In this document: piece after piece, positions 11,895-25,203 of the stretch
Layout: each line of letters begins with the position of its first letter
Position numbering within the stretch: the stretch's first letter is position 1
Assembly: GCA_012026655.1 (NCBI GenBank)
Contig: JAAILG010001022.1
Location: 1-64,000, forward strand
Length of the DNA: 64,000 nucleotides
Source of the DNA: Hydrolagus affinis
Lineage: Eukaryota
Direction of reading: 5' to 3'
Position numbers and translations under genes: made by a program
Notes under the pieces: generated by a model
What the model was told of the DNA's origin: nothing
Seen by the model: the letters and a program-made list of their open reading frames with translations, nothing else
Database searches by the model: none

Positions 11895-12211
11895 TAATAA
11901 TAATCCTTACATTTGATATAGCGCTTTTTCACATCTTCTAGACGTCTCATAGCGCTTCACAGAATGTACTGCAAAGTGAACTGACTGCATATTTGTGGGC
12001 AAAACACTGCAGCCAGCTGCGCACAGCAGTGTCCCACAAACAGTCGTGAATTGAAATAACCAATTTTTTATTATCGTATTTTTTTTTGAGATTATTATTA
12101 AGCTTGTGGAGTAAGCAAACGTGCCCAAGGTTTTGCAGTGACCTGCCTGGATTCAAGCACGGGTCTCACGCTTGTAAGGGGATGGCTCTAATCGCTAAGC
12201 CACAGGACTCC
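11895..12211 (-). mobile_element. tRNA-derived SINE, main family, full length
   Basis: Family match from head to tail. Confidence 0.92.
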
Positions 12212-12967
12212 ACAAAAATATGGAATGCTTCACGAATCTACGTGTCATTTCGTTGGCAAGCATGTCATCTTGTAGCCAGCTCAGCTACAAGGAGAAAGCC
12301 CCAGCCCACCCTCAGGAGGATAGTAAAGAATGTGGAACGAAAAGAAAATCACCACTGCTGAGCACGCATGGAGCACCGTACGATTGAGGTGAAATTAATA
12401 GAGACAGTGACTGGCAGATAAGCAGGGGATGGCTGCTCTGTGACGCATAAGGAACATGCAAATTGGGACCTGGTTAATGGAAATACAAGGTAAAATGGAG
12501 CAGATAGAATAAAGTCGAACTACAACTACTGTCTGAGGAATTGATGATTTATAGATTTCGCCAGTCAGTGAGTAAATCAAAACACTGATGAAACAATCTG
12601 CTGATTAAGGGACCATATTAAGGGAAGATTGTCAGGGGTTGAGGATAAATTGTGCTGGAAACACAGGACGCCAAAGAAACAATGGGATTAATTGTGTTAC
12701 GATTCTGAACCAATTGCCAGCAAAACATAATAGATTGCAGTGGACAGCGATGAAAATATGGATACTGATAAACCATCTAGTTATTTGCAGTGCAAAAGCA
12801 AATAGCCATATAACTGGTATGTGATGTGAATGCACAAATGGATATGATGCAATAAATCCTATGTACAAACATGAACATGAGACTAAACCATGGGAGGAAC
12901 ATAGTACAGAGCTTGTACTCAAGACTAGTACAGGATTGGTCAGTGATGCGATTGTTATGTTCTAATT

Positions 12968-13192
12968 AATAATAATAATAATTCTTCCATTTGATATACC
13001 ATATTCAAGTCTTCAAGACGTCTCAAAGCGCTTCACAGAATATACTGTAAAGTGAATTGACTGTATATTTGTGGGCGAAATGCGGCAGCCAATTGCGCAC
13101 AGCAGTGTCCCACAAACCGTCGTGGATTGAAATGACCCATTTATTTTTGTTTTTTCAAAGGAGATGTATAGATCAGAAACCTTGCCCAAGAT
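12968..13192 (-). mobile_element. SINE, 5'-truncated
   Basis: Tail and Deu segment present, head missing. Confidence 0.88.
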
Positions 13193-13487
13193 TTCAGATA
13201 AAGTAATGTAGGAAATTTGGACCACATAATAACAACCACAACCAATTGCATTGATGTGACGTTTATATTTATATGATATTACATTTATATTGTATCTATG
13301 TTTAATAAATTATGTATGAATAGACAGAACATTACAATTGATGTCTGTAACTTACAAACCAGGACAAAAGAATAACACTCATGTCTCAGTGGCACATTGA
13401 CCACTGTAATGTGAGCTGATACTCAAACCTTGCGCAAAGACTGACAGACCTGCTTGTGGAAGGTGAGGAGATAAATCATCAGGATTA

Positions 13488-13800
13488 TTAATAACACTTG
13501 CTGCAATTTGATATAGTTTGGTACCCCCAAACATCTGAAAGCACTTTACGCAAATTAGTTACCTTGAAATATAATTAGTAATGTTACTTAAAAAATGTGG
13601 CAGATGATCTGCACCATCAATGTCCCACAAACAGCAATGAGATGAATGTGTTAATCTGCTAATCTGTTAGTTTGCTGAATTTAGGTAAGGGAGGATTGGC
13701 CAGGGCACCTCGTTTGAAATTGTGATGTGGGTTCTTTAACACATAACTGAAGAAGCAGACAGGACATTGGTTTAATGCCTTGTTCAAAGCATTCAAGACA
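13488..13800 (-). mobile_element. Old Deu-domain SINE relic (AmnSINE1/SacSINE1-like)
   Basis: CCCACAAACAGCAATGAGATGAAT and GGTTTAATGCCTTGTTCAAAG resemble the Deu-domain consensus. Confidence 0.7.
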
Positions 13801-13902
13801 GTGGGAGTCTGTTTTTTTCATGTCTCTGGGCAAGGATCACAATACCGACCTATATATGTATGTGTGTGTGTGTGTGTCTGTCTGTGTGTTTGAGTGACAG
13901 CA

Positions 13903-14012
13903 AATAATAATAATCCTTGCATTTGATGTAGCATTTTATCACGTCTTCTAGACATCTCACAGAATATACTGTACTGTGAAGTGAATTTACTGTATATTTT
14001 GCAGGCAAAATG
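13903..14012 (-). mobile_element. SINE 3' tail fragment next to a (TG)n microsatellite (13858-13890)
   Basis: AATAATCCTTGCATTTGAT tail motif. Confidence 0.85.
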
Positions 14013-14380
14013 CAAAGGAACTACTGTACTTAGTGACATATATTAATGAGCTGATGGTAATGAAGAAAAACTATTGGCCAGATAGGTATCTTGACACATG
14101 CAGAAACCCACCAGTATGATTATAACTTGAGTAACCAAATGCTATTAGAGCTTCATGTCTATATACCACCTACACATGGAAAACTCTCTGTGTGGAAACG
14201 CAATATGCTCTCTCTAATTGGATGGACGCACTCAGCTCGCCTAATCCCAGAGAGTGTTAGGCGCAGGTTGGCAAAAGCCAAGGTTCACGATGCAGTGTGT
14301 TCATATTCGTATGGCATCCACCGCCCATGTTCAAATCCAGCCATCACTCTATAGTCTCTTTTTCACTTGATTTTCTTTAG

Positions 14381-14425
14381 GCACCACTGCGCTGTGCATC
14401 ATTTGCCATCCGAAATGGAGGATGA
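14381..14425 (+). other. Candidate internal exon
   Basis: Polypyrimidine acceptor TTTTCTTTAG| and donor GA|GTGAGA. Confidence 0.3.
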
Positions 14426-14639
14426 GTGAGAACAATCTTGTGCCCAAAACTGATTCCCAATGCTGCGTTTGAGCCATTGAATAGGTGGCATATGAGAGCA
14501 ACTTGGACTATCAGCCTCTCCTTGCTGACTTGCACAGGAAATGTAGGCCTGAACCCAAATCCGCGTTGGTGTGGTATATCAAGGCACTTGCACCCTGTGC
14601 CATCACATCACAGAAAACAATTATTTTGTGCAAACTACA

Positions 14640-14773
14640 GATGCATGTACTGCACACAGTCAATTTCACCCACATATTTACAGTCAATTCACTTTACAGT
14701 ATATTCTGTGAAGCGCTTTGAAATGTCTAGAAGACGTGAAATGCGCTATATCAAATGCAAAGATTATTATTAT
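14640..14773 (+). mobile_element. SINE 3' fragment
   Basis: CAGTCAATTCACTTTACAG...ATCAAATGCAAAGATTATTATT. Confidence 0.88.
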
Positions 14774-17110
14774 GTAATCAACGGAATACACATAGATTTA
14801 CAAATGTTACAACCATTCTTGTTTTATAATGACACTGTTTTTGGTGACAAATGTAAAAATGTAGCCCGTTTTATTTTTTAATATCTCGGTTCCAAGGGAG
14901 CCAGGTATGATCGCTATCCCATTTAGTTTAATTTTCCCATTCCTGTCACCGCTTCCGATCTCAGTTGTGTTCGGTTTCAAGGATGACCGTTTAATATAGG
15001 GTTTGGGTTTGACAGATAATTAACACTGTTTAATGTTTGGAAATATTTTCTTTAACAATCAAAGTTCGACAGATGAAAAGCAGATCCCGTTAACATCACA
15101 TTCATTCACTGTTGTAGGTTCGGATTAGACCTTCTCCTCTGGAATGTATTAACATTCAGAGAGCCTTTTAACAGTTGTGCCAGTGAGACATTCAATCATG
15201 TTAACTATATCTTGACGTCCTTTACTACAGCTGGTGCATTTCCGCTGTGTGCTGAAGCTGCTTTCTGCTTTGTTCATGTTGCACATCAGTAGTTCTAGGC
15301 AAGCTCGCATTCAGTTTCAATAATTCAAAACCTTTCATACTCCATTATGTCTTTGAAAAATAATCAATCAGTAATGCTGTCTTTTTAATAATTCTGTTTG
15401 TGTTTCTTTATTGCGTTTGGCTGTTTATGTTGTAAATGTGTTTCCTTTCGCACGCTCTCAGTTATCCAAACAACACCGCAGTGGACCTGCCTTGTTAAAG
15501 TTATAAACAGCCGCGATTCACGATGACAAGATTTGTCGAATAATTCTGCAGTTGTGCGATTGCCTTTTCCGCATTGCTAAATAAAACCTTTTTTTTGTAT
15601 TGTGCCACTGACACAAATACCAGCAGGCACAAATTCTTCAATTATATACTGCAGATAATTATGTGTCGTGAAATGTAGAACCTATTATTTAAAGATGCAT
15701 TGAGGGATTCTTCAATTATAATATTATAGGGCGAATCACATGTCCTAATGCAGGTAAAGTGGCTACCAACGTATCATGAAATTAAATTTAATTGCGTTTA
15801 TACAACATTGTTGCTCATCCGAGATGACTGCCAGTGGATTCAGCGAAAAACATTTTCCAGCCCTCTTCGCTATTGTTCAAGTTGGTTTGGTATCTCCTGA
15901 GATCCTGCATGACTCCGTTAGGATGGCAGTGAGAAGCGACTTCTGTGTGTCCTCGTTTCTGAATGATGTACCTGTGTCCTGAGAGTCTGCTTCACATCTG
16001 AGTGTTTTGTACCTTTGTGTTGTCTGAGTTGTGATGTGACTTTTTGATTCGTTCAACGAAGGATAGTATCTGAAGTCAGAGTGCTGCTATGCTTGGGGCA
16101 TCTTCCTGACGTGAAAGGAACCATATACAAGTGTCATTTTGTTGTTATTGTTATTGCTACGAGTGTGGCTTCACGACTGTCACAAGCTCCTGGTCTTATA
16201 GAGGATGTGATGTGGGCTTTATTCGCGCCTTTGAGTCCCATAAGTTTGCTTTCCACATCTGATGCACAGTGTCACGAAGTTGCTGTGAGTTTGTTTGTTT
16301 ATGCAGCTGGCGTTGTAAATTTTGTGCCTTTTCTCAGCAAAGCCCATGGTGTAAAGGTACGCAGCTGTTAGATATCGGTAAACTCTGTTAAAATCTGTTT
16401 GCTTATCACACATTTGGGATTGTTTTCTATCGGGAGTGCAGTTTGCAATTCTGCTTGCTCACGTCTATCGAATCTTTGTGAAAAGTATCACAGTGTAACA
16501 GTGTAACTTTACTAAACGCTTTCTAAAGTGGACACGATCAATACTTGATTAACTGTCCTCCGGGCAAACACCTCGGTAACTTTCTCAATGACCTGTAGCT
16601 GATTCCTGAGATTATGGCATGTTGTTTGCAAACGGACGTACAAGATTGACAATTTAGATGAGCAGGTTGTAAAGAGCTATTGCTAAAATCAGTGTATATA
16701 GTTCAGAATGTGGGTAGCTAGTCTATTATTTGATTACAGAATATAGGACCCATAGCTTGCAAATGTGGGGAGTGTCTGATCTGAATGCAATTCAAAGCTT
16801 ATGGAATACGGGAATCAAACTGCTTATTCATCACATTAGTTGTTCGTGCCTCAGTCCTTTTGCTATCTGTTGACTTGACTGTACATTCATCTCTCTTTCT
16901 CTTGCAAGGTTGTGTATGGGGTAAGATGAAAACCTGGATGAACAGGCGATGGGGGGGGATTGTAAGCCTTGCATCAGTTCGAACATAAGTTCGAAGAGTT
17001 CAGTTGTGCTTCTGAATTGTCACAAAGAGGTACCAGAGTAAGAAAATAGGAATGATCTGCAGCGATGCCCATGGGGATAGTACAGAGCTGCTGTCTGTTT
17101 TCTGTTTCAG

Positions 17111-17182
17111 AGATGATCTTTCATCCCTTGGCAGCAACGCTTTACCAGCAGAATCCGACGCAATTTGTTAACCTTTATTAGC
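17111..17182 (+). other. Candidate internal exon
   Basis: Acceptor CTGTTTTCTGTTTCAG| and donor GC|GTAAGA. Confidence 0.3.
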
Positions 17183-17507
17183 GTAAGAAAATTGTTTATG
17201 GGACACGAGGATTCACCATATGGCCATAAATTGCTTGAAGAAGTGCCACAATATCAGGAACCGAGTTGATTGCTCTCTGTGAAGAGGTTTACATCAGTGG
17301 AGAGCAGATGTATTGCCGAGCAGGAGATAGGCTCTGAGTTGCCGCAGTCTTTCACTTCACAGTGATCAGATACAAATTGGTTTCAGGACACTTTTAATAA
17401 GTGGGACTTGGATATCTTGGACACAGGAACTAACACTGAATGATTTTTATGTGTCCAAGAGAATATCTACGATGTGGATTGATGGACCGCATCAACACTG
17501 ATAACAT

Positions 17508-17640
17508 GGACACTGCTGTGCGCGATTGGCTGCCGTGTTTCGCCCACAAATATACAGTCAATTCACTTTACAGTAGTATACGCTGAAGCGCTTTGAGACG
17601 TCTAGAAAACGTGAAAAGAACTATATCAAAATGCAAGTTT
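17508..17640 (+). mobile_element. SINE 3' half
   Basis: GGACACTGCTGTGCGCGATTGGCTGCC through the tail. Confidence 0.88.
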
Positions 17641-19529
17641 TAAAATATATATATATACTGTATTGGCATTCTAAACAGCTATTTCCATTTTATCGACATA
17701 TTTTGTAAAACCGTGTGTGCTTTGGAGATACAAGAAAGGCATTTATTAAATCCATTTGGGAATATTAAGTGATGAACGTAATGATGCATATTATGCTCAA
17801 TAATGATAAATGGAAGCATTGTCAAGTGTAACAAAACCTCTGCTAGAAAACTCCCAGCATTTCAATACACAGCAAATCCTCATTGTTACAGGCGAAAATA
17901 TTGTTCGCACCTGACTTTACGTTGTACTGATTGTATAGGATGCATCGTGACATTATATCAATTGCTGCACAGATGATAATCTGAAAGTTTGTCTTGCACC
18001 TGATGTTTCTAAAGTCTTAGGTCCTTGGATGTTTGATCCATTGAGTGGAACTTATAGAATTTGTCAACCAGGCAGTTTCAGAGACACTGCTATCAAGTAA
18101 TCATTTTCCCCAAACAATCTTGTCAATATCTGTTTTTATATCGATTGCCTGTGTTACTTCCTAGTTTTTTTTTGAAAACTAAGAGTAAGCCTCAGTAATA
18201 TATACAGTGTTATTTTAATTGCAGTCTTAACATCTAATTAAAACATTGGTCATTCACTTCCAGGTTGTGTGGGGGTGACATTGTGTATTATCAGCTAATA
18301 CATTTGCCTCTAAAATTTTGAGTCACTATATTTCACAGTAAAACTTGTGAAGCTCATTGAGGTGTTCTCTTGATGTGACACTTGACAAATACTGTATAAT
18401 AATAGTAATAATCCTTGCATTTGATATAGATACATTTGATATTTGATAAAAAGGATTATTATTGCTAATTACAACATTATTAATAGAGTTATGATAAAAG
18501 GCTCGCTCCTGACCAGGGAATTATCTGAGCAAATTCTCTGAATTCCAATTTTATCGATGCAAGGGAGGCATTTAAATTATTTGGCTTCAGCATATTTGTG
18601 CTGTGACTCGGTTACTGGATTGTGCACCTACAATCTTGCTATGGTATTGAGTTTTAATCAAAAATGTGTTGGTGTTATTTACCAACTACAGGAGCTAGTT
18701 GCTCACCCATGTAGAAAGCCTCAGGGGTTGCCCTTTAAGGATGATCCTAGGATATGAGTATTTTTTTTCCATTGCGTTTGTAATCGCTCATTATCACATA
18801 CCTCTAGAGTATTTTCTGCTTGTTGCTATCAATCAATGAAGGAGAGAGACAGAGACTCAATGTCCTGCTGTTTACTGCCTGCTGTTTTGACTTCTAGAAG
18901 AGTTTGACTGGTTTTCAGTCCACAAAATCAACAGGATTTCAAGATAATATCAAGTGCAGACATTAAAGTTTTGTGTATGTTGCAATCGCATCTGGTGCCT
19001 TTGGTGACTGTCACTTGACCATGTTTTCAACTTGTGCCAATTCTGTCAACAATTTTAAGATTTGTTCAGAAAGCTGGAGGTGATTATAAATTCACAGTAA
19101 GGATATCTGAAGTCGCACCGATATGCCTTGAGCTAACCAGTACTGCAAGGAGACATCTTTCCTTCTCAATATCTTTGTACCATCGCCAGTTCCACAAGGA
19201 AATATTACATGAGCAGCAAAGAACAATGCTTTGATCTCCGATGAGCAAAGTCCCTGATAGGAAATCTCAGTCGAGGTATAAGAGTTTCCCCAACGAGGTG
19301 GAGTGATAGCCATCGGCAAGGCAAGCAGTGGTTTTCAAAGCCTTCTGTTTCGATAATGAGTGCAGATGTTGCTCGCAGAGCAGCTCATAGATCTCGGAAG
19401 CTGTAGTGGGAAGAACTCACACTTGCCAATGCATGAATCAATCATTCAGCCCGAAACATCAATGAAGTGTATGGTTTCACAATCTGCTCATCCCGTCCGT
19501 ACGGTTGCGAAGAAATCAATAGGAGTTGG

Positions 19530-19605
19530 TACCCCGGACTATTTGTGTTTCTTTGAGGCGCCATCTGGCGCGAAGGGCTCCATATAAATGTAAGTTGTTG
19601 TTGTT
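19530..19605 (+). mobile_element. LINE2 3' tail (second L2 subfamily)
   Basis: TCTGGCGCGAAGGG...TATAAATGTAAGTTGTTGTTG, similar to 35180-35221. Confidence 0.75.
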
Positions 19606-20222
19606 CTCGTCCAGGGTTTGGTGAGAACAGTGATAGCTGTGGTGTTGGCGAAGGAGACATTGCTACTTTTGACCTTAAAAGGAACAAACCTGCTGAGAAC
19701 CTCAGTCTTGGCAGTGTTGAAGTAAAGCTGTTCAAATCGCTGGGGACCAAACAATGTTGTTTCCAGCAGTAGAGAGCTTGATTTATACGTCCTGCTGCGC
19801 ATCACATTGGAATAGAACCATTGAACCGATTTCCGTGCCAAACTCCAAAACAGAGTGTGAGTTAAAAAGCATGACAGACTCTTTCATTATACAGGACTGT
19901 AAAATAGCCTTTTGAAAGATGCTGAGCCATGGTCGAGAATTTCTCTGGATACTTAAGGAGAGTAAATTGACCTGAACTGAGACTGGATTACTCAATTGCA
20001 GCCTGGATCCTGAGCAAAACTAAGGATTCCCAGGGACTGAGACATTCCAAAAAGTCATTCGCTTATGCCTATCGTAGCATGTTTCATTGAGAGATAACCA
20101 ACATCATCATTACTTGAGTGGGATTCAAATGTTTGTCGATGTTTAACATCATGCTAAAAATCCTCCAATGTAAACATACAAAGGCAACATTGCTTGCTAC
20201 AGTAATCCAAAATAATACGATT

Positions 20223-20615
20223 TCATAGAATCATAGAATGTTACGGCACAGAAGGAGGCCATTCGGCCCATCGAGTCTGTGCCGGCTGTTTGACCGAGCA
20301 AGTTACTTTCATTAACCCCAATCACCAGCTTTCTCCCCATAACCCTGCAAACCCGTCTTCCCCAGATACCTATCTAGTTCTCTCTTAAAAGCTGCTATCG
20401 AATCGGATCTCACTACCCTTTGAGGCAGATCATTCCGAATTCAAACAACTCGCTGAGTAAAAAAATTTCTTCTAACCTCCCCTCTGCTTCTTTTGGTAGA
20501 TATCTTAAGAATGTGACCACGGGTCACAGACACACCTACCAGCGGAAACAGCTTTTCCCTATCTAGCCTGTCAAAACCTTTCATGATCTTGAAGACCTCT
20601 ATCAGGTCCCCACGT
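20223..20615 (-). mobile_element. CR1 LINE 3' end with ORF2 C-terminal remnant
   Basis: (ATTCTATG)2 terminal repeat; minus strand reads RGDLIEVFKIMKGFDRLDREKLFPL...TRGH...FKRELDRYL, typical of CR1 ORF2. Confidence 0.92.
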
Positions 20616-21327
20616 AATATTTAATATTTAGCAGTTGGCATTTTTACTACCAATATGTCCTTGCCTTTGAGTTCAGTATTAAAATAACGTTGTTATGCAG
20701 TAATGAAGATAGGAAATGTTGACTAAGCAGTTACGTTTAGACGCAAACTTAACCTAATTTCACTCATTTATCGGTATGTGTTGGTACTTTTAAGCACTGT
20801 GCAGCTATTTCTTCACAGAAAGGAGTCTTTTTAAAAAGCAATTATAATGCTGGGAGAAGCTAGATTGAAAGGGTTTTTCAAAATAATAGAAGAAAATACA
20901 AATTATTAAAATGTTTAGTGTTATAAGAATTCCATCCAAATTCTCAAATAGTTGGCAAGAATTAACATTCAAGCCGTGCTTCAAATCTCAGCTCTTCTCA
21001 AACCTGGCTTGCCCTGCAGGATGCGCTGGCAATATGTTTTAAAAGAAATTGAATTAGAAAAAAAATCTGAGAACTCTCTGTAGCTTTTCGTCATCGATCA
21101 TCGGGTTACAAATGACAGGAAAAACCTCTTCCCACTTGCCTTAAGAATCTTCAAGCAATCCTAGTTATCAGACCATAACAGCATTAAAGAGTAAGTGCAT
21201 TTCTTTCAACTTTTAAATGACAAAAAAATGGTTAAAACGTGAAAAAAATCCTTCTCATTTTTGCAAAGGATTCGATTTACACACAGAGAAACGTTCCTTC
21301 TCTGTTAAGGCATTGATAAAATGATTC

Positions 21328-21610
21328 CGCCTTCAGATGAGATGTGCCACAGAAGTCTGCCTGTACCCTGAAGATCCTCCTCAAGGCACTGTTTGAAAAG
21401 AGAAGCGGTTTCTCCCAATGTTCTGGCCAACAACCCTCAAGATGAAATTGATCGTTTACTTCATGGCTGTTTGTGAGATATCATTGTGCGCAAATTAGCT
21501 TCCGAGTTTATCTAGAAATACACAAAGTCACTATACTTTACAGTAAATCTCGTGAAGTGCTTCGGGACATAGCGACAAGGTGGCCAGGTGATACATCAAA
21601 GGCACTATTT
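21328..21610 (+). mobile_element. Old Deu-domain SINE relic
   Basis: CCTTCAGATGAGATG...TTCTCCC...CTGGCCAAC...GGCTGTTTGTGAGAT...GTGCGCAAATT. Confidence 0.7.
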
Positions 21611-22227
21611 GGTGTATCAAATATCAAAATGGTCATCATTTAAATATTTGAAAGGTCTGGAGTGATTGAACATTTAGCTCCAAACTAGAAGGTTATGTCT
21701 TCTGCTCTTGTACCTTGTATATTCTTCAGAGTGATTTCCTACCCGTTGGCCAACAAAGTCATCATAATTCTCAATTCTCTTGTCACTTACTCCTGAAGTG
21801 ACAAGCTGCTCAGAATGCCATCGATCACTGGAAGCCAGAAAATGGTTAGAGAATGTGACCAAATTCTAAGTCCTCAGAGGTACTCATTCTTTCTGTATTT
21901 CTCTGCATCCCAAGTCGAACTCCTTCAGTGATTATCTGAGCACGAATTTGGTGTGCCAGAGCAATCAGTTTGCTACCCATCTTTCCCTACTGAGAACTCC
22001 ATGATCTCCTCATGGGGGGCCTCCACAGAACACAGTTGAGCTTCTCGCTCTCCGCGCTTTTATCTGTATGAGTCTGCTTTGCTGCGGATGTCTGTGTTGT
22101 TGTCGAAATAAATGTTTTCGCACTGAGCCTGTTAATGCTGATGAGAAAATTGCAATATTTTGTGGCATCACAGGAAGACTCTAGTGCTTTGATTTTCTCT
22201 CTACCCTCGTAGGTGACTTTTTAAAAA

Positions 22228-22415
22228 CAGAATTTGGTCACTCAACCGGGAGCTGTTTGTGGTTTACTGCTGTGCAAAATCACAATTGCCTACTGTGTTC
22301 TGCCCACAAAATATACAGTCAATCCACTTTACGGAATATCCTGTGAAGTGCTTTGAGACGTGTCAATGATGTGATCAAGCGCTATGTCAAATGCAAGGAT
22401 TATTAGTATCATTGT
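22228..22415 (+). mobile_element. SINE 3' half, diverged
   Basis: Family body and tail. Confidence 0.8.
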
Positions 22416-22859
22416 TATTATTTTGCGATTCCCCCAAACAAACAGAAAAAGGAGCATCCGAAATTTGCTCCAAGACGTGGAACCGATATACTATACACTT
22501 GATTTTCGGTCATAAAGCTATCGGGCTCCTTTTGCACATCACGCGAATATTTCTCAGTTCCACTTTTTTTGATGAAGTGGTTTATTAATATATGCATAAT
22601 TTATTTTTAAAAAAGCCTCCATAAATCATCGTTTAGGATCAACTGGGACTTCGCTTAAATATATCTTTTTTTATATAAATATTCAGAATCCACATAGAAA
22701 AGGGTTGTAAAATCGATCTCTCTTGTTGTAAAATTCAATCTATTTTGTCTTATGCATTGTAATTTAATACAAAAAATGTTGAGTGAAAAAATTGCCTACA
22801 TATATTTTATTTTAATATGAGCCTAAACATCCTTTTTGCTGTGATACAATTGATAGATT

Positions 22860-22915
22860 ATGCTGTATGTTGTATAGTGTGTATAATAAAAGTGTTTCAA
22901 TTCAAGGTGCAATTA
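22860..22915 (+). terminator. Polyadenylation signal
   Basis: AATAAA at 22885-22890, preceded by three TGTA motifs (22864, 22871, 22880), at the end of an AT-rich 3'UTR-like tract. Confidence 0.5.
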
Positions 22916-23314
22916 AATCTAATCCCATAATTTATTTTACATGTGCCAAAAAGTCTCTTTAAAATCATTTACATTGAACTGAATAAAAGCAGAAAATATT
23001 CTTGGTACTTTCTGGTGAATCAGTAGAACATGAATCAACCACTCATCCCCGTCAGAAATTGAATCATGATAAACAGATTGAAATAAAAGTAATGTAGTAT
23101 CAGAATACATGGAAACTACTGTATTAGTAATTGTACAAATGACTCCAGCCTAGGCTCAATAGCAGTGATTCACGCACACAGGGAAAGTTCAAGCGAACTT
23201 TAACGATGTGTATTTATGATACAATCATGTGATATGTACAAAAAGTTCAAGTGTACTAAGTTTAGATGGCATTTGAAAGGCTTGCATTTAGGTTATTATT
23301 AAAAAATATTAAAA

Positions 23315-23520
23315 AATAATAATAATATTCCTTGCATTTGATATAGCGTTTATCACATCTTTGAGTCTCAAAGTGCTTCACAGAGTATACTGTAAAATTA
23401 ATTGGCTGTATGTTTGGTGGGCAAAATGCGGTAGCCAATTTCGCACAGCAGTGTCACACTAAGTCTTTGATTGAAGTGACCAATTTATTATTTTTCGAAG
23501 GAATTATTAGCCCCAGAAAA
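23315..23520 (-). mobile_element. SINE 3' half
   Basis: Family tail and body. Confidence 0.82.
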
Positions 23521-23833
23521 ATGTAGTCAGAGGCTTTAGAGTGGAAAAGATCCATTCTGGATTCCAGGTAGTTTTGTGTAACACATCTTTGCCCCGCTAG
23601 TGGAACATTGATTGCGAGGAGATACTGAGACTCTGCCAACCAGAGTATGATTTGAGAAATGACATGTATGTAACCTGATGTGCCCAGACTATCAGTCATC
23701 TGGTAGGTAGCAGGTTTCAGGCACCAGACAGGGTACTTTGTATTAAATCATCCTATGATGGGCCATGGATATTTAGAAACAAATGTTGTAACATTTTCTT
23801 CGACAAATTATTCTCCTTCACATTTCAATATAA

Positions 23834-24143
23834 TATAATAATAATCCTTGCATTTGATATAGCGCTTTTCACATTTTACCAACGTCTCAAAGCTCTTCAC
23901 AGAATATACTGTAAAGTGAATTGACTATATTTGTGGATGAAACGCGGCAGCCAATTGCGCACAGCAGTGTCCCACAAACAGTCGTGGATTGAAATGACCA
24001 ATTTTATTATTGTGTTTTTTTTTGGAGGGATTATTATTAGGTGTGTGGAGTAAGGAAACTTGCCCAGGATTTTGCCCTGATCTGCCTGGATTCGAACACA
24101 GGTCTCACGCTTGTAAAGCAAGTGCTCTAAACACTGAGCTACA
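23834..24143 (-). mobile_element. tRNA-derived SINE, main family, full length
   Basis: Family match. Confidence 0.94.
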
Positions 24144-24894
24144 TAATTAGATGAGGTTGAGTTGCTGATTTTAAGCTAATACCATACAAGAGAAATGATT
24201 AGATTCCAGTAAAGTGTGGTAGAAGTGTTTTGGTATAGAGGCATTGCTTATACGGTATATTATTTATTTATTCCTTCATTTTAAGTTGTGTGATTAGCTC
24301 TTGTCTGTGACAAGTTCATCAGTTTTCAGTATCAGGGGTCAAAATTTGACAATCCATCTCAGCCTCCAGTAATGTATCATCTGCCAGCTGAGACAGAACC
24401 ACCACTGGTGTCAGAAAGCACAGCCCAGGTTCTCATCTCTCTTGTCTGGGTAGGATGCTTGAAGGAGATCACAGGATTGTATCATCATTTAAGCAGAATT
24501 GGATCTCATCTGGGGAAACATTAAACGAAGAGTAATTTTGTTTGTGTGTTGCTATTATAATGATAATCATCAAAATTGTTATTGTGATTGCAATTCTGTT
24601 TTATTTAGTGCCATTCCCGATTCTATTATATAATAATCCAAGCCATATTTACAATTCAGATCAGGACATAAGACATTTCTCACAATGCCTAACTTAACCA
24701 AATCGATCACATTCTGCGATTAATTTTGGAACAATCCTCTCCATCAAGGCAATTTTCAGTATTTCACTGTTTTTCTCGAAGTATATTTTATTTGTGGTTT
24801 AATCTGGTTCCAAACATAATTATGGAATATTCAGAAGCTACCATTTTGCAGTTGTTGAAGCAAATTTAATTGTATTAAAAGAGAATTGGAGCAT

Positions 24895-25203
24895 GGAGTC
24901 CTGTAGCTCAGTGGTTAGAGCACTCACCTTACAAGCGTGAGACCTGTGTTAGGCAGGTCAGGACGAAACTGTGGGCAAATTTCCTTGCTCCACACACCTG
25001 ATAATAATCCTTCCTCCACCCCAAAGAAATTGGTCATTTCAATCCACGACTGTTTGTGGGATACTGTTGTGTGCAATTGGCTGCCACATTATGCCTACAA
25101 GTATACAGTCAATTCACTTTACAGTATATTCTATGAAGTGCTTTGAGAGGTCTAGAAGACGTGAAAAGTGCTATAACAAATGCAAGGATTATAATTATTG
25201 TTG
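24895..25203 (+). mobile_element. tRNA-derived SINE, main family (B box partly deleted)
   Basis: GGAGTCCTGTAGCTCAGTGG head through tail. Confidence 0.93.

Noticed and set aside
15960-16262. Several TGATGT...CTGA pairs suggesting an intronic snoRNA cluster
   Set aside because: C boxes are imperfect, spacing is short or irregular, and I recognise no guide sequence
19442-19841. Overlapping 100-aa minus-strand ORFs
   Set aside because: They run through an L2 tail at 19530-19605, show no recognisable domain and lack canonical ATG starts
24295-24325. Minus-strand CTGATGA followed by a CTTGTC/GACAAG stem, resembling a second hammerhead
   Set aside because: The required GAAA box after stem II is missing
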